NCBI GenBank assembly: GCA_002633005.1
Contig: NMRA01000595.1
Coordinates: 34,423 to 98,422 of the forward strand
Length of the DNA: 64,000 bases
Source: Phoronis australis
Lineage: Eukaryota; Animalia; Phoronida
Direction of reading: 5' to 3'
Under the pieces are notes generated by a model that was given only the letters and a program-made list of their open reading frames with translations, ran no database searches and was not told where the DNA came from. A program made the translations under genes and the position numbers. Shown here in pieces: positions 25,817-38,553 of this stretch (within the stretch, counting starts at the first letter, position 1; each line of letters begins with the position of its first letter).

Positions 25817-28083
25817 AAAGTACCAAGTTCGTAAAACTTTGAATAAGATCAGGAAGTGCATTTTTTTCTTTTCCATCTATTTTGAATGAGCTCTGACAAC
25901 TTTTCCACAATAGACCTTAAATTTGAACAAGTTTCGAGCTCATTTAAAGGAGAATGCCACCCGATTTAATTAGTATTTTTTACCGTCTTAATCAGTCTAT
26001 ATATCCATATCGCTCGCATACAGTTGACCTTACCTTGCCGAGAGGTGTCGCGATAACCTGTGAGTAAGGTGAGAAACGACACGTCAGTGGTTCATTTGCA
26101 GAGTGAATGCCGCTATGTTGCGGTGCATCGTTACCGCTTGTCCGAACTATGCAGCTGCGAGGAAAGCGGGTAATATGTTGTTTTTTTTTGACTTCCTCGA
26201 TTCAGAAATGCTAGGAAGTGGCTTGCGGTAGTGAAGAATGAAAAGTACGCTGTTAATAGCAAGTATGAGGCTGTGAAACATCTCCGTGTCTGTGGCCGGC
26301 AGTCATCAACAGAGTCTGACAAATGCTGGCTTACCAAAGAGCTATCCATACGTTGCCTGTGCTTGTTCACGGCACCTCTCTAGTATATCTTGATCACTGT
26401 ATTCTGATTCGAACTGATAGCCTGTGAAACTTAACGATCCACCAGCGAAGTCTTCGTCTGATGAGCTCTTGTCTAAGTCGAGATTACGAGTTCTCATGTT
26501 GCTGTTTATTATTCTGCATTGTTTCAAAATGAATTATTCTCACCCTAACCAATGCTTATATAAAACTGAAACAAAGTCTGTCTCATTAGATACAATTTGT
26601 AATGCCTTTGGAGTATTCGTGAGTGCAAATGTTTTGAGAAGCCAGCAATGAATAAACCACTGCGTTACCCGGCCGGCTTTAGAAGGTATTTGACTGGGAA
26701 CCGAGGCCGTGTGAGCGCATGCTAATACAGTGTTTGCAGACAGAAAGCTGTTGTGAAATAATAAGGGCTGTTCCAGTAAAATCTGTATGGGAGGGGGGGA
26801 AGGCACCTTTTTTTCGCACCCACCACCCATATTTTTCATTTATTTCTTCAGCCTACCACCCGTAATTTTTTATAAGTTTGAAATGCAACCACCCGTAATT
26901 TTTTTTTTGTTCTTGTGGTTGACTACACAGGCGCTTGAGTTTATCTGTTGCTCCATCACCACTAACGTCATTCATTACTAAGAAAACATATGTTTCATAT
27001 ATATGGTTATTAGCCATCGAGAAATTCGAGCACCTGTGGTTAAATGGTTTTATGGGCATGCCGATGAGGAGATCGGAGGGAGTGAAAAAGTCGGAGCTCT
27101 TTGCAAGTTGCATTTTTGTTTCAGTTTTTGATTCTNTAAAGTACAAAGTTCGTAAAACTTTGAATAAGATCAGGAAGTGCATTTTTTTTCTTTTCCATCT
27201 ATTTTGAATGAGCTTTGACAACTTTTCCACAATAGACCTTAAATTTGAACTAGTTTCAAGCTCATTTAAAGGAGAATGCCACCCGATTTAATTAATCTTT
27301 TTTACCATCTTAATCGGTCTATATATCCACATCGCCTCGCATACAGTCGACCTTACCTTGCCGAGAGGTGTCGCGTTAACCTGTGAGTAAGGTGAGAAAC
27401 GACACGATGTCAGTGGTTCATTTGCAGAGTGAATGCCGCTATGTTGTGGTGCATCCGTTCCCGCTTGTCCGAACTATGCAGCTGCGAGGAAAGCGGGTAA
27501 TATATTGTTTTTTTTTCGACTTCCTCGAGAGTCAGAAATGCTAGGAAGTGGCTCGCGGTAGTGAAGAATGAAAAGTACGCTGTTGATAGCAAGTATGAGG
27601 CTGTGAAACATCTCCGTGTCTGTGGCCGTCAGTCGTCGACAGAGTCTGACAAATGCCGGCTTACCAAAGAGCTATCCATACATCGTTGCCTGTGCATGTT
27701 CACGGCACCTCTCTAGTATTTCTTGATCACTGTATTCTGATTCGAACTGATAGCCTGTGAAACTTAACGATCCACCTGTGAAGTCTTCATCGGATGAGCT
27801 CTTGTCTAAGATGGGATTACGAGTTCCCATGTTGCTGTTTATCATTCTGCGTTGTTTCAAAATGAATTATTCTCACCCTAACCAATGCTTATATAAAACT
27901 GAAACAAAGTCTGTCTCAATAGATACAATTTGTAATGCCTTTGGAGTATTCGTGAGTGCAAATGTTTTGAGAAGCCAGCAATGAATAAACCACTGCGTTA
28001 CCCAGCCGGCTTTAGAAGGTATTTGACTGGGAACCGAGGCCGTGTGAGCGCATGCTAATACAGTGTTTGCAGACAGAAAGCTC
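25817..28083. repeat. Apparent duplication of about 0.94 kb (25817-26749 vs 27138-28083) joined by single N at 27136; probable uncollapsed haplotypes
   Basis: Near-identical blocks including the left end of the TTAA element and its flank. Confidence 0.88.
26765..27135. mobile_element. Truncated left end of a putative TIR element (taa|GGGCTGTTCCAG..., Harbinger-like) nested in the Kolobok-like copy
   Basis: Present only in duplicate copy 1; starts TAA+GGG; internal ccaccc(g/a)taattttt subrepeats; cut by the N at 27136. Confidence 0.45.
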
Positions 28084-28864
28084 TCTCTATTTTGTATGCT
28101 ATGATCACATGTTAATGGAACCTTTATTTAGATATACAATTACATTATTCATATTGTTACTGTACAACTTTTGCCCTGATGATTCTGTAAAAGGGCAACT
28201 TAACTTCGCGACCCCAGACAAGTAAGTACATTTGCAGTTTCATGGCTAATAATTAGTGCACATTATTTCTTTGGCTCACTAGTATGGTCTTTTCGTGACT
28301 GGAGGTTTAGTTTCCAACTTATGTTCGTGATATCCAGTCCTGGTGGCCGCGACGGGCCTGATCGGGCTCCGAGGCACTGGGTGGGATAACAAGCGTTTTG
28401 TGTGTTTAGAACTGAAAACATCGCAAGTCTAAAAGTACAACACACAGCAATCTTTCATGTCTGTATTTCACGGAAGAATGATTAGAATTTATCACCAAAC
28501 AGACCCAAACTCCCGCGATCAACCATGGTAAATTGGCCTACCGAATCTAGGAGTCTACATTCTTGACCGAACTCTGTAGGCTACCGTACGTTTAAATACC
28601 TATAAATCCATAACAGTGAACTAAAAACATGTTTGTTCAAGAACTCGATATATTTGTAAGGGTTTTACAATGAAATTTGATGGTTTATTGGGGGTAAAAC
28701 GATGCATTCATGCGATAAGTGAGAACAGTAAGCGTGTTGTGAATGGCTGAACAGACTGTGTTCGAACCGTCATTGGTTAATTTCAACACATCTGTCTGCT
28801 GACAGGTGGAACTACTCGATCCAAATTGATAAAAAATATGTTGTTTTTTGGGTGGCATTCTCCT
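27270..28864. mobile_element. Non-autonomous DNA transposon, Kolobok-like (TTAA TSD, AG...CT termini); a second left end at 25948
   Basis: ttaa|AGGAGAATGCCACCC ... GGGTGGCATTCTCCT|ttaa, perfect 15-bp TIR; no transposase ORF. Confidence 0.8.
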
Positions 28865-29028
28865 TTAACTACCAAGTGCGTAAATCATCGGCAAAACGAC
28901 GTAACTGCCCCACGCTACTTGCAGAGGGTTATGGGGAGGTCACCCATGTGCCAGCCAACCCAAGAGGTGGCAGCACAGACGAGGATCTTCGAAGCTGAGT
29001 GCCTAAGTATTACTTAAAAGAAAATCCC

Positions 29029-29227
29029 TCAGGTGATGTCGGTTTGCTGTTTACGTCTGAATATCCTGTCCTTAAGCTGTTCTCTCAGGTGCCTTTTCCG
29101 TTGGAATTTCTTCTCTTTTTTGCGCTTTTTCTCGTCCACTTCTGCCTGTGTGTCAGGTGGCCGAAGACCTTCTGTGACTTTGTAGTAGGCCATAGTTGAG
29201 TCACTGTCCACCAGAGGTAGCACCAAC
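29029..29227 (-). CDS. TSEN15: TSEN15 exon 4 with basic C-terminal extension
   Basis: ctcaag|G TTG GTG...TGA; DSDSTMAYYKVTEG motif. Confidence 0.92.
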
Positions 29228-32200
29228 CTTGAGAAAAAATGTCTGCTATTTTACTGCTACTAAAAAACTGAAACAGAAATCGTCTTTAAGGGAAAAGCTG
29301 AATCTCTCTTTTCCAAAAATATCTCAACAGCACGAAAGACGATAAAAAATCTTCTTTGCCAAAAATTGACAAAATTTTTTAGTGGACTTTTTGATTACTC
29401 AATGTGACTTGAAATTCCCTTAACGGTTTTCAAAGTAATCATTTTTCTTCTTGTAAATTAGACAAGTGTAGTTGAAGTTATAGTTGGTTAGAAGGAAAAC
29501 TGGCAACCTAGAATTAAAGAAATCTTATTTTGCAGTGCTAGATTTGGTGACCTGAACCTCGTCAATGCGACTTCAGATTGCATTGGGAAAAATCCCAAGT
29601 CGTACCAAATCCAGACAATAATTCATCCGAATTGCAGTCCAAAATTTGCGGTGACTTCCAAAATTTAAATTAATAAAAGTTCTCCTAGATTCAATACCTT
29701 TGATTCACAAATGTTCTGTTTATTTCATGAAATCAGTGCATTTGCCACTTTCAGCAGTCACGTAGCAAAAATGTGCTTAATTTATAAGGGAAGCAAATAA
29801 ATGGAAGTCGAAACTGTCCGGCAAAAATCGGACAAGGTCGGACCGTAAAACAAGCACCTCCAGTGTATACAATCGTCTGCAGAATGAGGAATGGAACAAG
29901 AGATTGAATTTTTGTGAGTGGAAAGGAACAAGTATGATTAACTTTTTTATTAAGCTGATAAGGGCACAATGCCTTTTGTTTCTTTTTCCGGGCATCGATT
30001 TCAGACCTCAGTTTTCATTTGGCAACCTGGAATGTTCACTAAGTTGCATTTGGCGAATTGGCGTTAACCTAAGCTTTGAGCAATATAATGCTGATTAAAT
30101 ACTAAAAGGACCATCAGCCTAGCTCCTTACCCTGTTTCTGATTTACTGGACTTTAGCACTGAATGAAGTCTCTCTGCACTGATAGGATCATCTATGGACA
30201 CTGGTAGCGCTACCTGGTGATCGCCTGTCTTGGAAGAGCGACCACTAACAGTGACCTTGTTTGTCTGAGGATGGACACTGACTGACCACCAGCACTTGTC
30301 TAAAAAAACAAGAAACAATCAACAGCTATGATTAAAAACAGATTTCAATGTCCACAGGTTGAGCTAATAGTTAACTGAGTGAAAATCCAAGTTTCAGAAA
30401 TTAATGAAAATCTTACGAGTTTGAGAAATTAAAGGCCAATTATTACAAGTTTAAAATTTTATTTGTTCACAATTAATGTCTTTTGCTCTGGCGAGCTGCA
30501 GTGTCAGAATTTCTATATATGGACAACTTGAATACATGTTTTGATGAAACGTTGGCATGTATCTGAAGTGTACTATCATTATCAAAGGCTAGGCAAACTG
30601 ACTGCGTACCTCAATTGTACACGCCAAATGACCTGGTGGCATATTTGCTACTTTTTCACCAATGACCACATTTCTTCAAATAAATCCTTTTTTAAATATT
30701 AATTAAAAATTTTATTTATTAACTTAAAGACCATATTCTTATAATCCTTGGTGATTACAGAAATGAAATAAACATTAAAAACTAATGCCAAGACATTTGT
30801 GACCTTGTTTTTTCAAAAGAAGTACGGAGATTCCTGTAACTTCGACAAATGCAGAATTTTTTATACGCAACCAACAATTTACAAACTCTGTTTATGCATT
30901 CTCTTATTACTACAAACGCACATCCGGGATTTTCTTTTAAGCCCGAGACCTAGGTTGTCAAAATGAATGGTGAGGTACTCATTGTATACTGTTGACCAAA
31001 AGGTAAATGTGAAGTGTTTACCTAAACTGAGTATTCATACATACCATTAGCCAAGTCCATGTACGTCAACATGGCTGTTCTAAGTTCATCTTTGTCAACG
31101 CCTTCAGAGATGAGAGCCTGAAACTGATTGAAATTTGGAAAATAACAAAAGGAAAGGATGCTAGTTTTTAAAATTATGAATTCATACATATAGTACCACG
31201 ATCACTCATATGACCTTGAATAGAATAGGCCTCTAATGTACTACACTTGTGACAAGCACACGTGCCATTTTGATTCTAAATTTGTGGTGTTATCTTTTGG
31301 GAGATGATGATAGCTTTGCCAATTAAAGCAAATTTTGCTCAGCAATTCTGTTAGCTGGTATTAAAATACTAAAGACTTGTAATGAAGTTAAGCCAGTTTC
31401 AATAATTTGTTGTGACATGTACACAACCTTGTGGATGCAGAACAGTTGATGGAAGAATCAGAGGAAAATTGGCCAATAGGTGGTGCTCCATTTCATGATG
31501 CTGAAAGCCGACACATAAGATTGCTCCATAAATTTAGCAACAAAATAACACTACAACGGCAATCTTTTCAGTACCCCGGTAACTAATTTAGTATACTGAA
31601 GGAGGAGAGCTATTCTTCATGACATGAATTTTATTCCAGGTTCTACTTTGCTACTTTTTACCCATTGGTGCGAAGCTGTATCCTAGAATGGCAATTACCA
31701 CTCCTGTGCCGTAGACGCTGCAGGGATACACAGGCGATAGCATAGCCTCATGAAAAGTTCCTCATTGCTAATATAGAGTGAAAAACAACTAATGAAACAT
31801 GGATGTACGCAGTGAGTTATACTTCACTTTCCACAAATCTGTAGACAATTTAGTCACCATATTTTAACAATCATCCATGAACTAAAAATCTGTCGAGATT
31901 CACTTGAGCTTTCCTAGTCACTTTCAATTTTGAGGAAATAACGCGAAATCATGCTGGTTCACAAACAAAAGTCTAAATCTTACTAATTGCATCAGGTATA
32001 CCTTCCAATGCTTTTGCATATGTCAGCCGCTTTCTCACGTGCAACACTCAAGTCTCGCCCTTTGCAAAAAGCTGTAGGCCTACTATTAGCTTTTCATCAA
32101 GGCTGTATTTGAATGAATTTGACAACAAGATTCCACCGGTTATTCCAAGTTCGCGCATACGCGATCCTGACCCGAGTCCAATGAGAAACTCGGCAAGGGA

Positions 32201-32562
32201 AGCTCGAGTGTACATCTCTATAGATTTTCATCGATATGTTCGAATAATTTTGACTAAATCGTCTTCAGAGTTATGGTATGTGTTCAATGCGTATATATGC
32301 TGGTGTCATTCGATTTTATTCGCTACGTTAGGAAATGAGTAACATGGGGACACACGATTGCATTGCCTAGCATGAACTCGGAATCACCCGAACTTCTAAA
32401 TTTCGTTCACAAAAATGAACAAATTGAACTAATGTTTAACATTATGATTGGCGTGGCAAAAGAACGCCTGTCATGCAAAACGACGGAAAGCTGAAAACTT
32501 ACTCTGGGATGATTTTCAAGCCAGTTATCAGCGGCAATTTTTGAAGTTAAGGAGGCTGACAT
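29029..32562 (-). CDS. TSEN15: tRNA-splicing endonuclease subunit Sen15, complete 4-exon gene
   Basis: Exons (minus) 32562-32503, 31123-31045, 30299-30131, 29227-29029 splice in phase (0,1,2) to MSASLTSKIAADNWLENHPR-FQALISEGVDKDELRTAMLTYMDLAN-DKCWWSV...ALPVSIDDPISAERL...-LVLPLVDSDSTMAYYKVTEGLRPPD. These match recalled Sen15 motifs W..HP, YLDL...KxW, and LAIVxSDSTxVYYKxTxG..PP. Confidence 0.92.
30131..30299 (-). CDS. TSEN15: TSEN15 exon 3
   Basis: ttttag|AC AAG TGC TGG TGG...ACA GG|gtaagg. Confidence 0.9.
31045..31123 (-). CDS. TSEN15: TSEN15 exon 2
   Basis: atcag|TTT CAG...AAT G|gtatgt. Confidence 0.88.
32503..32562 (-). CDS. TSEN15: TSEN15 exon 1
   Basis: ATG at 32562-32560; ...CCCAGA|gtaagt. 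Confidence 0.85.
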
Positions 32563-32877
32563 GTTTAATCTCGCAACAGCTCGCCCAGACTCTCGTACCA
32601 CTAGAAACAGTCAACCAATGAAAACACAGTCTATAAATAGCATTTGCGTCTTCCCCAGAAATAGCAACACGGCAGACGGAGTTGCACAACAACATGAAAT
32701 GTTGACAATCAATGAAACGTGTATTGTGTAGGGCACATAAAACACAAGCTCGGGTAATCGACATTGAGTTCTCTCTCCAACAGCAATAGTATCCACAAGC
32801 GGTGTTTGGCACCTATAAGGACTAAGTTTTGTAGTGTAGAGAGTAATCGGTCAAAGGGGAAAACCCACCAGCCTATC
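32563..32877. promoter_or_regulatory. Putative bidirectional promoter/5' UTR region between TSEN15 and the RING gene
   Basis: Divergent ATGs 315 bp apart; TATAAATA at about 32632-32639 (+); CpG-richer than the flanking introns. Confidence 0.55.
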
Positions 32878-34113
32878 ATGCCGATCGTTGGTCATGCAAG
32901 CGCTGCCGAGACAGCTGACTATGCCGTTGAACATGCTGATGCTAGCAGTTGTCAAGATTTACAAGAAAATGTGCAGGGTGGGCAGATGAACAAAGCAGGT
33001 GTAATGGTTATGAAAAAATCTGTGTGTGAACACTACGCGGAGTTTGAGTGGAAATCAAAAAAGTTCTGTCGTGTTGGACACAAGAATTCGTTGGACTTAG
33101 AAAAACACGCTGCGTTGCCCAAGGAATTACTTGACAATAGAAATCGTGAGGTAAATTTTGAGCGCCAAAGACATCAGCAAGAAGTCGAGTTTATTACTAG
33201 CATGGCCTCGGACGACAGTGACGAAAATAATAATAACAAACCCAGTGGTGACCAGGAAACAAAGAAAAAACGAAAATGGAAGGTCGCACCTCAAGCCTTA
33301 ACCTGTTTTAATCTCTCGCTGTTCCCGCGCCTTCCTCATGCAACAAACGAAAGCGATCTACTCGACCAACATCATTATGAAAATGTCGTTCATGAGGATT
33401 TTGAACACGTTGATCATAAACTTGAAGGAAAGTGTGCCAAAACCTGGCTACGTTCCAAAAATAAGAACAAGAAAGTTAAAGCACATAATCAAGTCAAAGA
33501 TAAGCATGGAAAATCAGTGAAAAATAAAACTCACGGTGAGATCCTTCATGTACATCATAGGGTTTATAAAAAGATCGCCTGCTATATTGAAGAGGACTAT
33601 CGTGCCAGTTTTCCGCACAGGACTTTCAGTGAAGAGAAACGCATGGTTTTGTGTCGAAGCAAAGAAGCCAGGAAAAGACTTAGGATAGAAAATTCAAAAA
33701 ATGCATCCAAGGTTGGATCAACGGGCAACGGAAACGACGATGCACTGATCAATCGGGGCCTAGCGCTGCAATCTTTCAACGCACCTAATGCACTGGGTGA
33801 CGAAGCGTTGGTCAATATGTTGATTAGCATGCAACATAGAGATATTTCCCCAGAAGATTACGAACTTTTACTGCAACTAGATAACAGCGTCCAACCGAAA
33901 ACCGTCAGCCAGTCTCAACTGGAGTCGTTTAGAACGGAATGCGTTGCCGCAGTAACGTCGGCCGAAATCTGTGCAGTGTGCATGGAGCCTTATAAGGAAG
34001 GTGACCTGAGAAAGTGGTTACCATGTAAACATGACTTTCACAAAACTTGTATAGACAGGTGGCTAACGTACTCTTCACATAATTGTCCAGTCGATGGCTT
34101 GCCGATTACGTAA
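32878..34113 (+). CDS. Intronless RING-H2 finger protein (putative E3 ubiquitin ligase; C-terminus ZSWIM2-like)
   Basis: Single ORF (frame open from 32764; first ATG 32878, 411 aa) ending QHRDISPEDYELLLQLD...CAVC..LPCKHDFHKTCIDRWL....NCPVDG; K/H-rich middle region. Confidence 0.85.
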   Translation: MPIVGHASAAETADYAVEHADASSCQDLQENVQGGQMNKAGVMVMKKSVCEHYAEFEWKSKKFCRVGHKNSLDLEKHAALPKELLDNRNREVNFERQRHQQEVEFITSMASDDSDENNNNKPSGDQETKKKRKWKVAPQALTCFNLSLFPRLPHATNESDLLDQHHYENVVHEDFEHVDHKLEGKCAKTWLRSKNKNKKVKAHNQVKDKHGKSVKNKTHGEILHVHHRVYKKIACYIEEDYRASFPHRTFSEEKRMVLCRSKEARKRLRIENSKNASKVGSTGNGNDDALINRGLALQSFNAPNALGDEALVNMLISMQHRDISPEDYELLLQLDNSVQPKTVSQSQLESFRTECVAAVTSAEICAVCMEPYKEGDLRKWLPCKHDFHKTCIDRWLTYSSHNCPVDGLPIT

Positions 34114-37100
34114 TGTCGCACTAATTGTTATATTTTAATAGCCAGCTGTGGTTTAAACGAGATTATTGTGAGACTTTCCTCATGTTTTGTTCATTGTCAC
34201 CATTATTTGATTCCATGCATTGTCATTTCATTGAAAGTAAACAGCACTCATATACAGTCATACGGCTGAGAAATAAGATTCCACAAGTGTGTGCTCGAGG
34301 CATACGGCCAACGAAGCTGAGATGTAAGTGAACCTACCTCAGTGGTCGTCTATGAGAAAATGTGATACAGATTTGCTCTCAGGATGTACCCGTGTGGTCA
34401 CACCTATATTGTTACTTTGAGAAGTCACAAGCCTGTGTATGCGCCAATGTATTGCAGAAAATGTTGAATGCTTCAGAATAAATCGTCACTTTGTTATCAG
34501 CACATCGTTTGAATGATTGAGACGAAGCCTTTGTAGTCTCACACGAACACTTCAAGTCCACTCGTAGATTTTACTTTCGTGTATTTAGATGAGATGCGTT
34601 TGTTGCTCCAGGGTCAACGTAGGCCCATGCGCGGCTTAACTATACACAAAGGCGCATGTGGGTGCCCCGGCCTCAGTGTACAGGGTGTGCCTTTCAAAAG
34701 CAATAAATTAAAAAAAAACTAAAACAATATGGTTCTGATTTGTTTAACGTTATTGAAAAATCTAACTGGGGTGCAGTATTTTTTCGTAAAATAAAACCCA
34801 CCTTAGTTGAGCGAAATTGATGCGGGATTTTTTTTTAATGATCGTTTTACAAACTTACTCTTGCATGCTTACGTATCTTGTGAAGTTTTTCAAAGCATTA
34901 AAAGCCTGACATTGATGCGGGCGGCCCTTGTTTAGACGGTGAGCGCAAGTCTCGCGAAGAGCAAAACCAACTATACTTAAGTTGTTTTCCTAAACCCGGC
35001 TGTGTCAAAGAAACTGAATTTTTATTTAGACCCCAGCTGTAAAAATGAGAAGTGATTTTGGTCTTGCAAAGAAAGTGAAAGTTCGTTTAGTTGCTGAGAA
35101 ATTCTCGACGAAAATTGGGAGTTGGGAAAGGGGGAGGTTGGGCACGGGGGAGCGGAGGATGGGTTCAAATTGTAGAATCCACGATGTATGAGTTCAAACA
35201 CACAGATCCCCTTGACTTCGAAATTTCGATGTCTTGAGAAACATTAACTCAGCATTGCTGGATTGTCAGTACATCTTTTAATTATTTTAAAACTATGGTG
35301 AGACATAAGTAATGCAACCACAACTTAAATTCCTTCGAATCGGTATAAGCATTTTGAAAATTGTCCCATTGGTCATTTTTATGCTCGCTTTATATTTGCG
35401 AACACGTCCTGAACGCTAGCAAGAAAATTAATGCACGAAAAGCAAACTCTTTGTCGAATATTCAAAATTAGTCGAGTCGTTTTGATGTCATTCTTATCAG
35501 ATATTATCAGATAATCAATACCAACCTTTCGCTAAACTGGTCATTCAAAATCAATATGATAAACAAATTTGACTGATCAATCAATTTCTGTATTCGACTG
35601 AGTTGGAGGTGCCAATTTGATTCCGAATCACGACTCATCAAACAGAGTACCACACGTAACACTTCATGCAGCACCATTCCTTGAAAACCATTAATTGTTT
35701 TGGGTCACTGTTTTGGGGCGACATTATTTGGTTTGATTTTCATTACACGTGATAAAACCGTGCAGTCAACGAATGGAATTCATTATTGTTGAGTCATAAT
35801 GACCTTTTTAACTGGACTCGAGTTTAACAGCGTTTGAGAACTTGGCCCCACAGCCTTAGTCTAATTCGTCTTAATCCAACCCACCGGTAGTGTGTATTAT
35901 TTTATTATGTTTTATTTTTATCAAGTTTACCAATAGATCAACAAGTCAACTTTCCACATATTTGTGACCTTGGCGGTTTTATGGACAAGTGGTGAACAAT
36001 CAAGTACGGCGTCCGCTAATTAAAATCATGATTTTTTTAGAAAATGCGGTCATCTGATTGCTTTTGGGCTCATGGTACGGTTGTTCAATAATGAATATTA
36101 TAAATATGTAGTTTTGTATGTGTACTAAAAATTTGACGCGCCACAGTCGGAGACTACTCGGTGACCGTTTGCACGAAACAGTCCCAAATAGGGACTCAAC
36201 TAAGGTCCCTAAGTCTTTTTGCATATTTTTTATTTGCGTTTTTATGGACTTAAAGATGCAATATTTTTCTATCATTTCATCTTTATTATGAGCTCCTTTT
36301 TGATTAATGACAGTTCCTAATCATAACTAAAAACTGAGCACAGAGTTCATTGAAAATAAATAACTCAGTCCTTAAATTGGGGGTGTTGGCATAAAAACGT
36401 AGAGTTCACTTTCGATTTGTATCAAAGTCAAAATTTGACTTAGTAATGAAACTAAAACAACACAAGAAAGTGCAATCGTTTGTTTTCACAAGTCCGAAAA
36501 TACGCAGTAGATGTAGGAAACTTGGTTGAGACCCTATTTGGGACTCCGGTTTCATACAACCGGCGGCCCGGAGCACAAGTGTTCGCTAAAAATCCCACCG
36601 TTTAGCTCAGGTGAGTGGAGAATTTTGTCAGGCACCCTTTCGTAGAGAATTTTATCAGAAAGGAATCCTTTCTTAGTAGAAATGGTGGTGGAAAAATGTC
36701 ATCCTTCTGCCTGCAGCGGCACGCAGTCCGCACTTCCGCCACGGGCGGGGGGTCCCGGGGCATCACGACCCTGCCGGGTAGCCTATGGTGAGTCTTTGGT
36801 TCGCCAACCAGTTGTCGTGTGGCAGTTGGCTTCCTGAGTCATTAACAGGCTCAGAAAAGGCCTATTTTTGTTCATTTCACGACGTCTGGGTTACTGATAT
36901 TTATTTTTAAAGGTAGTAACCTAGCCGAGGTCGACATTTCAGTAAGCACTCAGGCGGGCGACTTGCCGGCCGGGCGAGATTGCGGCCTAATTCAATTACG
37001 CACTAAAACGCACGAAAGGGCAAATACGCTTGTGATGAATTTCCATGTTTTTACAAGATGAAAATGATTTTCATCGGCTTTAAAACGAGCCGAATGGCGA

Positions 37101-38553
37101 TCATTTTATTTTGTACGATTCCGTGTCGATGAATGCATCATATGTTTCACTCCTCAAATACACCTGGCACATTCTTTTAATTATCTGCACCAGATGGCAC
37201 TGTGTACAGGTGCGCTTTCTATCCACCAATCACGAGTCACAGGGACAACCGATAACGAGGCTCGCTTAGATATGTCGATAAATTACTCGCAACTCAAAAA
37301 ATTTTCACATTATTTGGTACTTCTCAGAAGATTTTCAAAGGAATCTCCAATCTAACATTCTTCTCGCAACGGAGAAACACCTGTGCAACTGCTAACGCCA
37401 TGGACTTGTATTTATCACGGTAAGCACCAAACACAACCGGTCACTAGAGACGCTAATTCACTGACAATAATTCGCCATTTCTGTGAGGGTGAATTCTGAA
37501 CAGCTGAATCACCAAATATCTAAGGGTGGGCACTGACGACACTGTCACTTACATAAACAAACGGACAGCCTGACTGATACCCATCATTTGAACATATTTA
37601 ATGAGTGATATTTTAGGAAGCTGAGTGTTTGGTACGAAAAGTTAGGCCTGCTCATTTCAAAATACAGGAAATAAAATCAAATGAAACATGCATGTACATG
37701 GGGCCAGTGGATTTGCTATAAACTTTCACCCATGGACCCTTTGTGGATGTGGTCTCATATTCAAGTAACTAGCCCGGCGGGCCAGCACATTTATTTGCTT
37801 AAGCTCAAACACTGGCCAGAACCGCTGTGTTGAACGCTCATAAATCTTGAAATTTTAAGCATTTAGGAACTTCTGTTTGTCATTCGCATTGTGAGTTTAT
37901 GCCAAATAGTAACAATTAAACAAACATTGTTTTGAAAGTAAGTTTAAACGTAATACTATCAATAAGCAAATAACGGTTAGAGTTACAATACTATGTTTGT
38001 TAGCTCAGCTTTGCACTTTATAACATGTGCAGATACGATTTAAGTTCCAGTGGAAAGCTATTGTAGCTTTCAAACTCTGCAATGGTGTCTTGTTGATACT
38101 TTAAAAAAATAACGGAAATCTTTGCCTTAGCGTTGCGATTCCGCCGAATAGTTTTGCAAACTATGTGAATGTCTTTACACGTGCAGACATTGTCTGTTCG
38201 CAATTCTTGCGCTGCATAACATTTTTCTAATCTCACAGTCACTTCTGAGCCTTTTTTGACAAATCACAGTGATTTCATTTCACGTCAGTTCAGTCACTTT
38301 TTTCTGCGTTCGCTGGTCTTTTTCTTCTGGCGCGCCACACTCAACTCACCCACGTGGCCATGTCTGTGAAATAGGCAGGCAACATTTACTTTTTGTAATT
38401 ACAATTTTGCCAAAGCAAAAATTTTCTCTGAATATCGGTCTCCTTGTGTTAAAATACTAACAATTTAAATGCAGTAATAATCAGCTCTGATAATTTATTG
38501 TGACATGTACTCAATCTCTTGGAAGAAGAATAGTTGATTGAAGAATCACGGAA

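Noticed and set aside
32764-32877. N-terminal extension of the RING ORF from the TTG start in the ORF track
   Set aside because: Non-ATG start; the first ATG at 32878 (atcATGc) is more plausible in an animal
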